A stretch of 39,528 bases of DNA from a virus (IMGVR_UViG_3300003375_000004:1-39528), one strand, 5' to 3'. Shown: positions 16,859-26,241, numbered from the stretch's first letter. Program-made: numbers and translations. The notes: generated by a model not told the origin, from the sequence alone.

Positions 16859-17575
16859 TTAACCGTTATTGTCGCCCACTACCCGACTGTTGAAGGGGGC
16901 ATTATTTCCACTATTTTGATAATCAACGCCCTCTAATTGGCTTTCCTGCATTGTGCCGTCCCATTCAGTCATCATCTTGAAGATATTTTCAGCCGATTTT
17001 CCTATCATTTCGCCCTGTTGGACGTTCACTACATCATAGTCAAACATCTCCCGATACATCTTAGCCACATCGAAGGCTAGAATAGGAGCAAACTGTCCAG
17101 GAAATACCCAGGAAGTGTTGTCCGTGATATCCGCCGAGCTTCCGATGTAAAATTGGTTAAGAGTGTAAGGCTGGTCGAGGATACCGCATAAGAAAAGATG
17201 TTTGTTTGCTAAATCTATGTAGAATTTTTGGTTATCGTCCTTATATTCGGCCTGTCTTTCCAAGGTAATCTCTTGATACCAGCGGAAAGTGTTGCCGTCC
17301 AAGGATACCCCGACAATAGAGCGGTTGGGGGAATACCAGTTTAGGAAATTGGACGGCAAAGAAAATGGCGTCTGATACATACTGTTGCTGATCTTGTTCT
17401 GCTGAGGGGTAGCGAGTTGAGTAGTGTCTTTAGTTCTTAAAATCACCCAAGGGCGAGATTGCTCTCGGTTAAATTTGGCAAGGTTAAGCAACCAGTAGAA
17501 GATTGTTTTATCCATATTATACCCAAGGAGTAAATTGGAAGTAAAAGTGTATAAATCAGCGCCGGTGAAAGTCAT
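16859..17575 (-). CDS. Head-tail adaptor / tail tubular protein A-like
   Basis: 238 aa immediately upstream of the nozzle gene; helical ends and a beta-rich middle. Confidence 0.65.
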   Translation of the reverse strand: MTFTGADLYTFTSNLLLGYNMDKTIFYWLLNLAKFNREQSRPWVILRTKDTTQLATPQQNKISNSMYQTPFSLPSNFLNWYSPNRSIVGVSLDGNTFRWYQEITLERQAEYKDDNQKFYIDLANKHLFLCGILDQPYTLNQFYIGSSADITDNTSWVFPGQFAPILAFDVAKMYREMFDYDVVNVQQGEMIGKSAENIFKMMTEWDGTMQESQLEGVDYQNSGNNAPFNSRVVGDNNG

Positions 17576-17579
17576 AATT

Positions 17580-18725
17580 TTATTCCAAGCCCTCGGTCAA
17601 AGACACGCCGAGCTTTTTATTATAATTTATTTGGGTTAGAGCATTGATAAGCACTTGGTTGTTGTCGGCCCCTTTAATATAGCTCATTAAAGACTGGCAA
17701 GGGGAGTTTTTAATATCCATATTCGGGCCGGCGGTCATCCCGTTCAAAATAATTGCTTCATCAGCTGATAAAGTAGTCGAGCCGTTTGCCAGGCCGTAGT
17801 AGGCCAGGAAAGTTGGATAATCGGGATAAAGGCATTTCTGTTGGTTTTGAATATAGTAGATGTTTGGATCGCCAGATTTCTTGACGTTTTGGTTGTTGTA
17901 TTTGTTTAGGAAGACGCCTAACGTCGCCGCAATACCCAAGTCGGTGTAATAGCCGTAATTGTGGTTATCCAGGAAGTCCATATCAACATATAGATAGCCG
18001 TTATCGCCCCAATTTGCCCCGTAGGAGTTTAAAATCTTATAAACCTTATAGCCGTTGTAATTTAAATTATACCCCACTATAAGCACGCTGTGGCCTCCCA
18101 CGATGTATCCTAAAGTCTTGGAAATAATCCAAGGAGAAGAAAAACCACCGCCCTGGTTATAACCTGAATACCAATCAAGGCCAGTCGTAACAGTTTTCCC
18201 ATCATCTAAAAGCTTTAAAAGGTCATCCCTCCCGGATACTTTCCAATAAGTAGAGATTTTATGCTGTGAGGCAAGCACCTGGTTGGAAGGGAGTAAGGAA
18301 ATCTGGTCGTAAGTCTTACCGACAACATCTGAAGCGCCGGGAATAATTCCATATTTCTGCAAAGCACTTTGTGGGGCGTCTATGGTGGCCTCGCCATCAG
18401 ATGTAAGCATTCTATTGGCTCTCATCCAAGAAGTAAGAGATTGGACTTCCAATTGGGTATTCTCTGCAATCATCCTTTGATGAGAAGCTGCACATTGAGT
18501 GCAAATATTGTTTTGGTCTTGGTTGATTATCCAGTCAGGGTTAATTTCATTTGACTTGCTATTATATTTCGGAGTATATGATTCGCCGAACAAATTCCAA
18601 CCCAAATTTTCCGTCTTAAAATCTCTCCCGTCTTCAATCCCCTTTACTAAACCAGAAGAATACCAACGCTCGAAAACCCAAGGGAGAAAGTGTTTAATTT
18701 TATATGATAGTTGCTGTAAGTCCAT
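17580..18725 (-). CDS. Papain-like (C1 family) cysteine peptidase
   Basis: QDQNNIC (Q to C spacing as in papain), GGHSVLIVGY, ILNSYGANWGDNGY. Confidence 0.92.
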   Translation of the reverse strand: MDLQQLSYKIKHFLPWVFERWYSSGLVKGIEDGRDFKTENLGWNLFGESYTPKYNSKSNEINPDWIINQDQNNICTQCAASHQRMIAENTQLEVQSLTSWMRANRMLTSDGEATIDAPQSALQKYGIIPGASDVVGKTYDQISLLPSNQVLASQHKISTYWKVSGRDDLLKLLDDGKTVTTGLDWYSGYNQGGGFSSPWIISKTLGYIVGGHSVLIVGYNLNYNGYKVYKILNSYGANWGDNGYLYVDMDFLDNHNYGYYTDLGIAATLGVFLNKYNNQNVKKSGDPNIYYIQNQQKCLYPDYPTFLAYYGLANGSTTLSADEAIILNGMTAGPNMDIKNSPCQSLMSYIKGADNNQVLINALTQINYNKKLGVSLTEGLE

Positions 18726-18729
18726 ATAA

Positions 18730-18975
18730 TTATTGTTTATCTCGGCTGGCTAGCCTCAAAACGTTATTATTAGTCGTGTCTATCTTTTTGGATATATCGG
18801 AAAGCTGGGAGCAAATTTGGTTGAACTCCGGCCGGCTAGGTGAATCTTTCTGAACGATAGCGTCCACTTTAGCGGCGTATCCAACTACCCAGTAAATAAC
18901 AAAGGCAATTACGGCAATAGCGCTTATTGGGACCAGCGTTTTATTGGTTATCGCCCCAAGTTTTCCTTTAGACAT
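18730..18975 (-). CDS. Single-TM protein with coiled-coil tail (holin/lysis-associated candidate)
   Basis: One TM helix; lies between the holin-like gene and the peptidase. Confidence 0.55.
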   Translation of the reverse strand: MSKGKLGAITNKTLVPISAIAVIAFVIYWVVGYAAKVDAIVQKDSPSRPEFNQICSQLSDISKKIDTTNNNVLRLASRDKQ

Positions 18976-18986
18976 AAAAGATAAAA

Positions 18987-19196
18987 TTAGTTTTGCGAAG
19001 GTGTGCCAGAAAAGAAGTTTTTGATTAAGTAGCCAACAACCGAAGTGACCGCCACTAAACCTACTTGTTTCCAGTCAATGTTTCCACCATTTTGAAGCAT
19101 TAAATAAATTGCTCCCAAAATGCCAGAGAATACTGCCACAATTAAACCTTTGGCGGCGTCTCTCCAGTTAAGAGAAAAGATATTAGAGTTTTGCAT
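18987..19196 (-). CDS. Holin-like two-TM protein
   Basis: 69 aa; FSLNWRDAAKGLIVAV...IDWKQVGLVAVTSVVGYLIKNFFS. Confidence 0.7.
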   Translation of the reverse strand: MQNSNIFSLNWRDAAKGLIVAVFSGILGAIYLMLQNGGNIDWKQVGLVAVTSVVGYLIKNFFSGTPSQN

Positions 19197-19197
19197 A

Positions 19198-19440
19198 TTA
19201 TTGAGCAGGAGTTTCCGCAGGAGTTTCCGGGGTGGAAGTCGGGGCGGTTTCCTGATTAGTTTCTATCACGAACAAGGACTTAATGGCATTGAGTTTAGCC
19301 AATTGAGCAGTCGGGCCGACTAGCTCATTGTCCACCATTTCGGGCGTGTAGGATTGAGAGCCTATTACCTTGCCACTAACATCTTTTGTGATTACCACGA
19401 CAATGTTGTAGTCGGGCAGTTTTTCGTAAGTTTGATTCAT
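19198..19440 (-). CDS. Hypothetical protein following the fibre gene
   Basis: 80-aa ORF, tightly packed with its neighbours. Confidence 0.7.
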   Translation of the reverse strand: MNQTYEKLPDYNIVVVITKDVSGKVIGSQSYTPEMVDNELVGPTAQLAKLNAIKSLFVIETNQETAPTSTPETPAETPAQ

Positions 19441-19444
19441 AGTT

Positions 19445-20998
19445 TTAGTTAGATTTAATAGTAAATGACCCTGAATTAAAAATTATATTTGCTCCAGAGC
19501 TTTGATTAACAATACCAACCGATATATTATCTGCTGGGTTTAAAACGCTTATTCCTTGCGCATCTAGGTTGGTGTTTCCTGCTCCGTCCACCTGCGCTTG
19601 CGAAGGGGCAAGATTGACCGGTGCGCCATTTACAAATATACAGGCTTGGATGATATCTCCAGGATTACCACCAGTAAGGTTGACCGTATAATTAAAAGTA
19701 TAAGAACTCTTAGCCGGAGAGGTTTCCCACCAATTGTTAAACGAAAATCCTTGCTGGTCTTGTCCAACCCATCCTCCCTGTATTTCTTGCCAAATACCAG
19801 CACCAGGATTGGGGATGCTATATCCTGGGTTCCATTGGTTATCCATTGAGCCCCAGTAAGATGGAGCAACATTTATCGGGACACCGTTTATATAATAATT
19901 CCCAGTAATATTCACATCTCCGGCGATATCGGCCTTGTAGGCTGGGTAAGAAACCCCCACACCCAAATTTCCGTTATAAAGAGAAATATCCGAATTACCA
20001 CTAAAATTTCCGAATAACAATCTTCCGCCCGTATTACGATAAGCGATGTCCCCGGGGACAGCATCAGTAAACCACTGCCCGTAAGAATAAACATAAGCTA
20101 GCCAAGGGTTTGCACCGGGACCGCCCGTGCCGATACCTGACGGGCCAGTGACCGGCATATCAATCCAGTTTCCGCCAGACCCACTCCAATCGGGAGTAAT
20201 AACAGTCTGGCTAGAATAACCGATGCTTAGAACACCAGCTTCACTCAAATTCATTATGACATTAGAGGAGCTATCCGCAAAAGATATTCCGTTTCCGTCG
20301 GCTCTTAGAAGGCCACTAATTAAATTTGTCGCCCTCACCACGCCGTTAACATCAAAAGTGTAAGATGGGGTAGTTAGAATACCAATACGGCTGTTAGTGC
20401 TATCTAGCTTGAAAATTGAGGTCGTGCCGTTAGCCTTAGTAAGGTTGAAAGCATTTGTGGAATCAGAGGGGGGAAATAAAAGATTGGTCTTCACACCATT
20501 AGTAAAAGCTTGTGCTTGAGATGTTGCGCCCGTGGTTGCGCCAGTAGCGAGGAGACCAGTTGAAGTTGAGAGCTTGTTATTGAAATTCAGCCAGTCAGCA
20601 GAAGAGAGAAGGCCACGAACCGTGCTAGAAGCGGTCGGTAGATTAAAAGTAAGCGTTCCAGTGGAAGTCGCTAGGTTAAAATCAGTTCCGCTAGTCCCTG
20701 TGGCGAAAGTAAAGGCGGGGCCATTAACGCCGTTGATAATAGTAGTAGAGCTTCCCCCACTTGCGTTAGCCCAAACAGGGGTGCCAGTAGCGGAAACAGT
20801 TAAGACCTGAGTGCTAGTTCCGATAGGCAATCTAGTAGGAGTTCCTGCTGTTGAGCCGAAAATCATATCACCAATAGCTGTCATCGGGTTTGACATCCCC
20901 CTAGTCGGGGCATAGTCGGCCATAATAAAACTATTAGCGATAAGGACGCCGGAAACAACGGCAGTAAATATCAATAGTTTTTTTAAGGCTTTATTCAT
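19445..20998 (-). CDS. Fibre-like protein with N-terminal signal peptide and C1q/BclA-like beta-sandwich tip
   Basis: NPMTAIGDMIFG..PTRLPIGTSTQVL, GLLSSADW..FNNK, RIGILTTPSYTFDVNG, GNLGVGVSYPAYKADIAG are fibre-type repeats. Confidence 0.75.
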   Translation of the reverse strand: MNKALKKLLIFTAVVSGVLIANSFIMADYAPTRGMSNPMTAIGDMIFGSTAGTPTRLPIGTSTQVLTVSATGTPVWANASGGSSTTIINGVNGPAFTFATGTSGTDFNLATSTGTLTFNLPTASSTVRGLLSSADWLNFNNKLSTSTGLLATGATTGATSQAQAFTNGVKTNLLFPPSDSTNAFNLTKANGTTSIFKLDSTNSRIGILTTPSYTFDVNGVVRATNLISGLLRADGNGISFADSSSNVIMNLSEAGVLSIGYSSQTVITPDWSGSGGNWIDMPVTGPSGIGTGGPGANPWLAYVYSYGQWFTDAVPGDIAYRNTGGRLLFGNFSGNSDISLYNGNLGVGVSYPAYKADIAGDVNITGNYYINGVPINVAPSYWGSMDNQWNPGYSIPNPGAGIWQEIQGGWVGQDQQGFSFNNWWETSPAKSSYTFNYTVNLTGGNPGDIIQACIFVNGAPVNLAPSQAQVDGAGNTNLDAQGISVLNPADNISVGIVNQSSGANIIFNSGSFTIKSN

Positions 20999-21899
20999 AT
21001 ATTCCTAGTAATTTTTTTGCTTTTAATAGATTTTTATTATCCCCATCATAAACTCCCAGAAGTCTTTTTGCCTTGACGATATAATCATCAGTCGGCTCTT
21101 CGTCTTGGGCTAGTTCTTTTTCTGGCTCTTGCTTCAATTCCTGTATTTTGTCGAAGTTTCGGCGCATTTCGGCCGACATTCTTTCGATTTTCTTATCACT
21201 TACCGTCCGACCGCTAGAAATTAGCTTAACAAAGTCCTCATTCATCTTTCTTAGGCGCTCTTCGAGCCTTTTTATCTGCTCGCCGTCCTTTTCTGCTGAT
21301 TTCAAGACATAATCTTCTAGTAATTTATGTAGTTTCTCGAAATTTTTAAACGCTCCACCGTGTATATCCTCGTATTTAACCAATTCCGACTTCATTGCGT
21401 CGCTTTTTTCGTGTAATTCGGTAATAGAGTCGTGAAAAGTTTGAAAGTAAGGCTCCATTTCACGCCGGAAAGCCATTGTGTGCTTATCGAGTTCTAATCC
21501 GTGGCTTGGTTGCTGGCCTTTTATCTCCGCCCTGATGATTTCCGTTACATCTTCCTTAGTCAGACCGTCTGAACCAGCCGAAAATCCAGCCGAGGGATTG
21601 AATAGGGTGGCAACTAAATGCTCAACGTTCTTACAATCATAAGCTTGAGAGAGAGTGGTATATCCAGTGTCAGTATAAACATAGTAGGTAATATCAATCG
21701 GTTGGCCCATTGGGCCGTCATTAGGGGTGATGTAAGAGCCTGTGTAGCGATTTCCTCCCGAGTTGGTGAGATTAACCGTCTTCCATATCTGCCCCGTGTT
21801 AGAGAGCCTAATAATCGCCCTAATGTAATAGGTCGCAGAGTCAGTCGGGAATATCTGATAGACCAGGGGATACGTCTGTTGTGGGTTTAACTGGCTCAT
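20991..21899 (-). CDS. Hypothetical protein, beta-rich N-terminus and coiled-coil C-terminus
   Basis: 302-aa ORF in the late operon. Confidence 0.75.
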   Translation of the reverse strand: MSQLNPQQTYPLVYQIFPTDSATYYIRAIIRLSNTGQIWKTVNLTNSGGNRYTGSYITPNDGPMGQPIDITYYVYTDTGYTTLSQAYDCKNVEHLVATLFNPSAGFSAGSDGLTKEDVTEIIRAEIKGQQPSHGLELDKHTMAFRREMEPYFQTFHDSITELHEKSDAMKSELVKYEDIHGGAFKNFEKLHKLLEDYVLKSAEKDGEQIKRLEERLRKMNEDFVKLISSGRTVSDKKIERMSAEMRRNFDKIQELKQEPEKELAQDEEPTDDYIVKAKRLLGVYDGDNKNLLKAKKLLGIYE

Positions 21900-21911
21900 T
21901 CTTTTAAAAAG

Positions 21912-22304
21912 TTATTTTTCAATAGTCAAAATTGTGCTGGTGCTAGAGGAAGCAATACCGTTAATCTGGCCGGTGAACATACCGCCGGCGCTAGGGACAT
22001 TGAAACAAGTATTAGCGGCGACAACAGCTCCCGAAGTAGTTGCGGCAGCGGTGCCATAAGCCAAATAAACCTTATTTGCTCCGTCGTTGCAAAGAACGGC
22101 ATACTGACGGCCAGGATTGGCGCTCAATATCTTTGTGGTTGTTGCAGCGGAAACCGCAGCTGAGGCGTTAGTCGCCGAATTAAAGACGTTGGGCAGGCCA
22201 GAATCACCTAAAGTTTTCGGCCCCTGACCATAATGAATCACAATGCCGATAGTTGTTAGTATGGCAAGCAAGATTATTACCGCCAATGCTTTTAATGTTT
22301 TCAT
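21912..22304 (-). CDS. Small beta-rich virion-module protein with N-terminal TM/signal helix
   Basis: MKTLKALAVIILLAILTTIGIVIH then ILSANPGRQYAVLCNDGANKVYL. Confidence 0.75.
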   Translation of the reverse strand: MKTLKALAVIILLAILTTIGIVIHYGQGPKTLGDSGLPNVFNSATNASAAVSAATTTKILSANPGRQYAVLCNDGANKVYLAYGTAAATTSGAVVAANTCFNVPSAGGMFTGQINGIASSSTSTILTIEK

Positions 22305-22329
22305 AGTTTTTTTAGTTAATTAGCAATAT

Positions 22330-22362
22330 CTTGCCCCCTCCCGTTAAGAAGAAGGGGCAAGG
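22330..22362 (-). terminator. GC-rich hairpin after the capsid and decoration genes
   Basis: CTTGCCCC(C/T)TC..GA(A/G)GGGGCAAG inverted repeat; no strong U-tract. Confidence 0.55.
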
Positions 22363-22376
22363 ATTGATAACTAGGG

Positions 22377-22973
22377 TTAGTTAGCGATGTTCACTACAAG
22401 CAAACGATAAGTCGTAGCAGTGTCTCTAACCATACGGACCAAGGCGGTCTTACCAGCGGCAATAGAAGCCGAGGAAGAATAACCGAGAGTCCCACCAGCG
22501 CCGGCAGCGATAGTCGTCGAAGTGGCCGTAGAAAGCCAATTCAAGTAATCAACCGAACCAACCGAAGGCAAGCAAGCGGCGAAGAACGCCGTGGAAGTTG
22601 CCGGGAAGGTAACGGTAGTCGCCGCACCGAGCGGAGTGAAATTGATTAAAGTGCTTTGGCAAGCCTGAGCAGCGGTCAAAGTATAGGTTGCCGAACTTGT
22701 AGAAATGGCAGCAACGCCGCCGTTTTCCACGAAATCATTAACCTGGTTCAAACTTCCGTTGGCAGTAAGATTGCCAGAAGTGGTGATAGCGCCAGCGCTG
22801 GAAACAGACAACTGGTTTGTCGTCCCGGCGTTAAATCCGCTAGTGAAGTTAAAGGCTTCGCTTTGGACTTGAGTTCCGAGAGACGCGGGAGTGTTATTGT
22901 GAAATAACAGACCGCCGACAATCGCACCAACGATGAAACAGATTACCCCAATTATGTATTTAACTTTATTCAT
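22377..22973 (-). CDS. Putative capsid decoration/spike protein with N-terminal TM/signal helix
   Basis: Directly follows the capsid gene; A/T/S-rich; MNKVKYIIGVICFIVGAIVGGLLF. Confidence 0.65.
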   Translation of the reverse strand: MNKVKYIIGVICFIVGAIVGGLLFHNNTPASLGTQVQSEAFNFTSGFNAGTTNQLSVSSAGAITTSGNLTANGSLNQVNDFVENGGVAAISTSSATYTLTAAQACQSTLINFTPLGAATTVTFPATSTAFFAACLPSVGSVDYLNWLSTATSTTIAAGAGGTLGYSSSASIAAGKTALVRMVRDTATTYRLLVVNIAN

Positions 22974-23005
22974 ATAGATTAAGGGTTAAAATAGTTAATT
23001 AGAGC

Positions 23006-24382
23006 TTAGAGAGCGACGTTGACGGATGTGCCGTTAGCACCGTAGCTAGAGCTGTCGATTTTGACATCGACAATTTGGTAGGATTGGTCATTGAAGACTT
23101 TTACGCCATACAAATCCCAAGCTACTAAATCGTGAGCGACCTGGCCGGAAACTGGATTTTCGTAGATGTGCGGTTCTTTCTGCATAAGCAGGGAGACAGA
23201 ATCGGTAGTCGAGAAAATCAAGTGCTGGCATTGGTAGCCCCAAGCAGCGGAGTTGGAAGCAGCGACGTTAGCTACTGGGACATTGCCCTGACCCTTTGCG
23301 AACAAGTCAAGATAAACACCAGTCGCGCCGGTAGCGCCACCCAAAGAGGCGGTGGTTCCCTGTTTAGCAACCAAGTTGCGAAACAGTTTCTGTTGCCAAA
23401 CGGTCAAAGAGCTATAAACAAAAGGAGCATAACCAGCGTCAGATGCTTCAGTGATAGCGGTGTAAGGAGCGTTCAGGGCGTTCGCCAAGTTGGTAATAGT
23501 CTTGGCCAAGGTAGAACAAATCTTGATATTACCAGCGGTAGTGCCAAGAGTGGTTTTGAAAGTGAAAGTCAAAGCCTGGGAAGTTCCGTTGACAGTTACG
23601 CCATTCAATAAAGTAATGGTGTCGCCGTCAGCTGGGTTGCCAGTTCCGCCGTAATAAACACCTTCCCAAGGAAGGGTATTACCCTGAAACAGGTTGAAGC
23701 CCATAAACATACCAGCGTGGCCGTTGCGGGAGATAGTATCGCCAAGAACAGTAGTCTTACCACCGATGTATTGGAGCAAAATAGTATAAACCTGTGGGCT
23801 TAAACCAGCAACCAAAGCCTGGGAAATTGATTCCAATTTAACATCTTTGATTACGCTCTTGTTCGGGGAATAATCCACGTTCAAGAGTTGTAATTGCTGA
23901 ATAGCGGTTGTAAATAAACCCTGGACGTTGTTGATACTGCAAGCGATTGGCTTACCAGCGGTGCCACCACCAAGATTGCCAGAGGCGTCATCTAAGTAGG
24001 AAGCAGCGCCCTGTTGTAAGGCATACATAACTTCAGCGTCAACCTGCAACCAAAGGGCGTTAGCGGCCTTTTGGGTGTATTTCATCTGAGTTGGCAGATG
24101 GTCTTGCAATTCCTGCCATTCAACAACCTGGAAGGTAGCCTCGTCTTTGATGTTGACGGTGCCAGATTCGTTGGTGTTGGTGAAAGGTTGAACGGAATAA
24201 GAACCATTAGCGCCCATACTGTTGACCGAAAGGTCAGAAGCATATTGGCGGTTGAAAGTAGCACCCATTTTGAGGCCTACTTTAAATTTTTCGGTAGCGA
24301 AAGCACGGAACATTGGTTGCTTGGTGTGAGTAACCTGAAATGCTCGCTCCCAAACTTGCATTAACGAATATGTGTTAGCCAC
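23006..24382 (-). CDS. Major capsid protein (HK97 fold, P22-coat-like) with a large insertion; GTG start
   Basis: Follows the scaffold; AANALWLQVDAEV, RNGHAGMFMGFNLFQGN, and C-terminal WDLYGVKVF. Confidence 0.85.
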   Translation of the reverse strand: MANTYSLMQVWERAFQVTHTKQPMFRAFATEKFKVGLKMGATFNRQYASDLSVNSMGANGSYSVQPFTNTNESGTVNIKDEATFQVVEWQELQDHLPTQMKYTQKAANALWLQVDAEVMYALQQGAASYLDDASGNLGGGTAGKPIACSINNVQGLFTTAIQQLQLLNVDYSPNKSVIKDVKLESISQALVAGLSPQVYTILLQYIGGKTTVLGDTISRNGHAGMFMGFNLFQGNTLPWEGVYYGGTGNPADGDTITLLNGVTVNGTSQALTFTFKTTLGTTAGNIKICSTLAKTITNLANALNAPYTAITEASDAGYAPFVYSSLTVWQQKLFRNLVAKQGTTASLGGATGATGVYLDLFAKGQGNVPVANVAASNSAAWGYQCQHLIFSTTDSVSLLMQKEPHIYENPVSGQVAHDLVAWDLYGVKVFNDQSYQIVDVKIDSSSYGANGTSVNVAL

Positions 24383-24454
24383 AATATTGATTTGTCAAAG
24401 AAATAATCTAGTTATTCCTTGAGTGGGATTAGTTTGTTAATCCCAAAGGTGTAT

Positions 24455-25390
24455 TTAGTCGTCAGGATTGGTGATATTCCAGCCGTCCTCGTCATCCATT
24501 CTACGGGCTTCTTTCTCCATTTTATCAAACATATCTAGCAAATCCTTCTCAGGGATTTCCGAAGACTTTTTGCCTTTATACTTTTCTTCTAGGTCAGATT
24601 TCTCTTCTCTAGTTTCGTGGTAAGTATCTCTCGACTCGAAAGAGTGAGAAGGTTTTGATTTGAAAATTTGGTTAAAGATAGAACGATTTTTTAAGTAAAC
24701 GGTCGAAAGCTCTTTGTTGGCAAACTGCGGGGCGTGAGATAAGTCATCCATAGCTTTTTTGGCAAGCCTCATCTGCTCTTTGGTGGCTCCCTTGAAATCG
24801 TCAGTCAAGACGTCTTCAATTTCCTCCCACTCAGATTTGAATTGCTCATCCTCCTGCCTGTTTTCTAGGTCGTCCTTCAGCTTTTGAATTTGAGCCGGAG
24901 TAAGGCCAAGACTATTGCGTTTAGATGTTGCTTCGGTGATTATCTTCAGCTGCTCAATCGTGCCAAGTATTTTTTCCTCTTCGGCGTCCGCGCCGGTAAG
25001 GCGGATAGCCAGCTCTCTGAAATAAGAATCGTCATCAGGCTCTTCTTCTTTCTGTTGAGCAGGCTTCCCTTGGGCTAATTCCTCGAGCTTGCGGTTTGTT
25101 TCTCTCAATTCTGACCGTAAGTCATTATACTTTTTGTAAATACTAACCTTTGGTTTAGGCTTCTTTTTGGATGTTTCGTTCTCCTCCTCTTCGGGTTCGT
25201 CTTCATCATCCTCATCGTCGCCCTCTTCTTCTTCTTCATCGTCTTCCGATTCCTCTTCGTCTTCATCTTCGGATTCCTCCTCCGATTCGTCCTCGGCCTC
25301 TTCGTCAACGATTTCTTCTTCTTTCGGCTCCGGGTCAACTATTCCTAGTTCTTCACCCATTCGCTCGAAAGCGTCTTTTTCTTCTAACAT
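24455..25390 (-). CDS. Capsid scaffolding protein
   Basis: Very acidic N-terminus, coiled coil VSIYKKYNDLRSELRE, located upstream of the capsid gene. Confidence 0.8.
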   Translation of the reverse strand: MLEEKDAFERMGEELGIVDPEPKEEEIVDEEAEDESEEESEDEDEEESEDDEEEEEGDDEDDEDEPEEEENETSKKKPKPKVSIYKKYNDLRSELRETNRKLEELAQGKPAQQKEEEPDDDSYFRELAIRLTGADAEEEKILGTIEQLKIITEATSKRNSLGLTPAQIQKLKDDLENRQEDEQFKSEWEEIEDVLTDDFKGATKEQMRLAKKAMDDLSHAPQFANKELSTVYLKNRSIFNQIFKSKPSHSFESRDTYHETREEKSDLEEKYKGKKSSEIPEKDLLDMFDKMEKEARRMDDEDGWNITNPDD

Positions 25391-25495
25391 AAAATTCCTT
25401 GTTAAGGGGCAGTCTGAAGCCCCGTTTATTATTTAGACTAGCAGGGAGTTAAACTCTCCCGTCCTTGGTAAAGCAGTGGGAGCTGCTTATTAAAA

Positions 25496-25819
25496 TTACT
25501 TTAAACTCTCTTCGTGTTTGGCCACTAATTCAGCCAGAGCCGGAGTCTTGATATTCGGGAAGAACTCAATCCCGTAAGATTTGGCTTTCGCCTTTAAATC
25601 ATCCCTGCTGACATAAATATCGTCTGGGATGTTTTCCTGTTCAAGGTCGGAGACGGTCTTGCCGTTCTCGTCTAAGCCCTCCACGTGGTCAACGATGTGG
25701 GCATAGCGCTCGACATAGCTCTTGGCGACATCCTTGTAATCCTTGCCGTGTAGCTCTTCCGAGAACTCCCGGACAAGCCCGTGGGTTGGGACTGGTGTTT
25801 TGTGGTGAATCTTAATCAT
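25496..25819 (-). CDS. Hypothetical head-module protein
   Basis: Likely start MIKIHH; C-terminal LKAKAKSYGIEF..NIK motif resembles HeH/Rho-N-like helices. Confidence 0.7.
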   Translation of the reverse strand: MIKIHHKTPVPTHGLVREFSEELHGKDYKDVAKSYVERYAHIVDHVEGLDENGKTVSDLEQENIPDDIYVSRDDLKAKAKSYGIEFFPNIKTPALAELVAKHEESLK

Positions 25820-25823
25820 AAGG

Positions 25824-25997
25824 TTAAGCGGCTTTCTCACCCATTTGTTTCAAATTGGGTTTGACTCCGTGTTTATCCATTGCTGGTTTCTTGGCTCTTG
25901 GAACTCTCTTGTCTTTAGTGACGGCCTTTACCGCCTTGGCGATGCCTGCGTTTGGTTTGTGGGTGGCAGGTTTGATACCCTTCTTAATTTTTTTCAT
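25824..25997 (-). CDS. Small very basic protein (57 aa), not in the ORF track
   Basis: MKKIKKGIKPATHKPNAGIAKAVKAVTKDKRVPRAKKPAMDKHGVKPNLKQMGEKAA fills the gap exactly. Confidence 0.75.
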   Translation of the reverse strand: MKKIKKGIKPATHKPNAGIAKAVKAVTKDKRVPRAKKPAMDKHGVKPNLKQMGEKAA

Positions 25998-26001
25998 AGT
26001 T

Positions 26002-26241
26002 TTATTTATTTGCTTTTTTAGTCATAGCGTTTTCCTCGGCCAAGGTTGGTCCTGTGCGGAAGTATTGGCTCTCTTCACCATTGGGGCCTGGCTTACCCTG
26101 ATATTTCTGGACAGGGGCGGTCTTGCGTGGGACACGCTTGCCTCCGGTTACTTTATCAATTTGCTTTTTAAGCGGTGCGCTTTTTGGAGAAGGCATTTTC
26201 TCTCTTCCCATTCCTACTGGTTTTGGCAATGATTTATGCAT
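26002..26241 (-). CDS. Small basic protein (79 aa)
   Basis: Likely start MHKSLPK; K/P-rich. Confidence 0.7.
   Translation of the reverse strand: MHKSLPKPVGMGREKMPSPKSAPLKKQIDKVTGGKRVPRKTAPVQKYQGKPGPNGEESQYFRTGPTLAEENAMTKKANK

Noticed and set aside
25105-25436. Ser-rich and Arg-rich overlapping ORFs
   Set aside because: Alternate-frame shadows of the poly-Glu/Asp tract of the scaffold gene.
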